A DNA stretch of 64,000 nucleotides from Lama guanicoe (Eukaryota): assembly GCA_013239625.1 (NCBI GenBank), contig MU056333.1:10254689-10318688 (forward strand), written 5' to 3'. This document shows, piece by piece, positions 60,972-64,000 of this stretch (the first letter of the stretch is position 1; each line of letters starts with the position of its first letter). A model generated the notes under the pieces. It saw only the letters and a program-made list of their open reading frames with translations. It was not told where the DNA came from and searched no databases. Both the position numbers and the translations under genes were made by a program.

Positions 60972-63679
60972 AAAAATATGGGTAGAAAGCTTTCCCAAGG
61001 TATAGCTCAGAACTTAATATACTGGTTAATGAAAGTATATCATTTATAAATAAACAAGTATGAATATAATTGGGGTGTGTACTAATGAAGGTATATAGGC
61101 CAAAAATTTGGAGTTCATTGCTGTAAGCAATGGGAAAGGCTATTTTCAGAGGATATTGTGTAGTGTATGTAGTTCTAGGTTGGGTTCGTCTAGAAGCAGA
61201 CCTGGAGACGAGGATTTGATATGAGTAGTTTGAGAGATGGACCCAAGACGCACTAGGAGGGAAGTGAGGATGTGAGACAGGCGAGGGAACAAAACCAGTA
61301 GAGGGTAGTGAGCAGGTTATCACCGTGGGCAACCGGGGCAACTAGAAATGGGTGTGGACCCTGCCTTAGACTTGTCCCACCCAAAGGGAAAGGAAGATGG
61401 AGTATATACCACCTTCTGCCGTTCATGGTTGACAGCCACTCCTGGGGCATTTACTCCCCATCCTGCCTGTGCTTGCCAAGCCCAAGGAAGCCCTCAGAAT
61501 GACAGTCACAGGGGCTTGGAGGAGTAAGCCACTGGCATGCATGCAAATGGTAAGGGCCACGAGATACGGGTAGGGCACCCACAGTGTCTGCTACTTAGGC
61601 TTGTTTCTTGTTTGACTTTTTACAATAAGCAACATTTACTCTCTGTCTCATTATTCTTTGTTTCAAAACTTTTTACTTGTCAGACTCTGGGCAGGGCAGT
61701 GAACTCAGGCATGGGAGTCCCGAAAGCCTTGGAAATAGTGTATTTCCAAAGGCACAGAAAGAGCACGTGGTCCCCCCAGCCCATTTTAAAGGAGCTCCTG
61801 GGCTGCCAGGCTCCACAGAGGAAGGTGGTTTTGTTCCTAACATGGAACACTGCAAGAGAAAATACTGAAAGGAAGGTTAGGGCTGGGTGTTCTCAGGGAG
61901 ATTCCAGAGGTTTAGAAAGTTCAATTCAGTTAAGAATAAAACCAAGACACCCAGCTTAACCCTCGTTGAGAAGGCAAGCTGAATTAATGCCAGGTCTGTC
62001 CTAGAAGATCAGGCCATTTATGAGTTGTGATGGGCCAGCCCAGCGAGGTCTGGATGGCAAAGGAGACATTTTGAGAGAGTCCCGCAGCAGAGGAGAGGGT
62101 GGACTTCGCCCATCAGCTGCTACACTAAGGCCATCCTGTCTACCAAACGGAACCTTCTATGTGCTGTTCTTGAAGAACGTGCACTTGCAGGGATAAGCAA
62201 GATCTTCTCTGCTTGGCCAACCACTTTGGTGCAAGGAGAATTTCGGAGGTTCTGGAAGGGAGGGACTGCCATTTGGGAACTGAGTGCTAAAAAGGAAGTT
62301 CCAGAGCAGCTTGGAGAGGCCGTCAGAGACATCACTCCTGCTCCCAGCTGCCCAGGTGGGCCCAGACTATGGGCAGGAGGAATAGGCAGCTAAACACAGA
62401 ATAGACACAAGGAGCCCTCAGTGGCATGTCCTCTGTGACAAGAGGCTTTACTGGGGGCAGAGAAGAGACAGCCGAAGTTTATTCCTCCCAACACTGAAAG
62501 GGTCGAAACAGAAAGAGAAGCAGAAAGGGGACTCAGGAGGACACCAAAGAGATCATCACTTCATGATTTCTTTAAGTTGTTCTATCCTTAGAATGACTTA
62601 CAGGTTGTGCCACAGAGGAGTCATGTTAAAACGTTGCTAACATTAGGATATTAACACAGGTGACGTGGTGGGGGTGGGGCACATTGAGCTAGTTGATACC
62701 TTAGGATCCAAAGGGAAGAGCTACAAGATACTTGGATAGAGAGGACCGATGGGAAGGAGAAGGAGTGGACGATGTGAAGGCCAAAAGCCGGGAATGATGA
62801 TAGCTCCTGTGCACAGGAATGCCAGCCACGTTTCTGAAGTTAATGACCTTGATCCTCACTGCAACCCTGAAGAGTATTAACAAATGAGGAAACGGAGTCA
62901 GAGAGAGGTTAGGTGACCAGCTGTGTTAATTCACTGGGTGCTCTGAGAAGCAGAGGCCAGGATGGGATGAGAAGTACAAGAGCGGCAAGGGGGTACTGCC
63001 TGGGAGAGGCGCAGCGGAGGTAGCAGGGGAATACAGAGCACGCCTTAAGGTGGCGATGCCAGTCTGGTCCCTGTTTAGGAGAGACAGACTGACCTCTAGA
63101 AGAGTCAGCTCTAGGAAAGTCTCAGCCAGGCTGATGAGGAGTTTTTGAGCCGAGGGGGCCCGCTGGAGAAGTCCTGCATGTCCCAGGGATGGCCTGCACT
63201 AGTCCCTTGACTGTGTTTTGTTGTTGGCTGGGAGCAGCCCATGGGAAAGAGCCTAGGTGCAAATGCAGCCATGAATCCAGAGGGGCAGGAGCCAGGCCCT
63301 CAGTCAACTATGCTCCGGCAGCAGGAGGTCAGAGTGGCACCCTGTCATGGCTGCCATGATCACCTAAAATCACATGAACAGTAAATAATGGGACTAGGAT
63401 TCGAGCTGAGATCTTTCTGACTCTAAATGCCACTTTTTTTGGCCACTGCGCTGTCTACATATGTATATATCTTGGGTACAAACTAAGCAGCATCAGAGGA
63501 CTGAAGACAAAGTTCAGACGTACCACCCAGACTCCTGCAGCACAAATTTCTAAAATTGAAATCTAGCTGGTAACATGCCTTTTGATGAAGAGCTCAGAAG
63601 GATGAAAGATTTTCAATCCTATGAAAATGTTTTTTTAGATTCTCACCCATTCCTCCCCATTCGCTATAGGAACACACCA

Positions 63680-63910
63680 AATCCACAAATATTTACTGAG
63701 CACTCACTGTGCACCAGACCCCACACTCGGGACTGGGTACACATACATGGAATTTACAGTATGGTGGGAAAGGTAAGCATTAATAAGTAATGATGAAAAA
63801 TGATGGATACAGTTATGAGGGCAAGTTCAAGGTGCTTTGAGAGAGAAAGCAGGGGAGACCTAATGGAGATTGGGGCTTGGGAGGGGGATATCAAAATGTC
63901 TAGAGCAATC
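63680..63910 (-). mobile_element. L2 3' end
   Basis: CAAATATTTACTGAGCAC...CTGTGCACCAGAC. Confidence 0.6.
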
Positions 63911-64000
63911 AATATACCAGGGAGGTGCACTGGTGTTCGCAGAAGTAGGGTCCAGCCCAAAGCATGTGTTGTTGGCTCCCTGGAGCATGACAAGAGCTGA

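Overview
Mammalian genomic DNA, most likely a camelid (three tRNA-derived SINEs of the Vic-1 type). PDK3 is X-linked in eutherians, so this is probably the X chromosome. The minus strand carries the 5' end of PDK3 (pyruvate dehydrogenase kinase 3): coding exon 1 (24121-24226) in a CpG island, exon 2 (4105-4246) and exon 3 (406-477), all with canonical GT-AG sites and a continuous reading frame. The other ~39 kb is repeat-rich upstream intergenic DNA (L1, L2, MIR, MaLR/ERVL LTRs, hAT/Tc1 MITEs) with five N gaps. Top finding: a young-looking 415-bp solo LTR (47757-48171, 5-bp TSD) contains in its U3 a structurally intact half of a betaretroviral constitutive transport element (CTE, an NXF1/TAP-binding RNA export signal). 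Also notable are a degenerate repeat-plus-variable-spacer array just upstream of the PDK3 promoter (24878-25450) and two interleaved near-perfect inverted repeats in pseudoknot order (33911-34108). Repeat family names are recalled from consensus sequences and most repeat boundaries are approximate. No searches were run.
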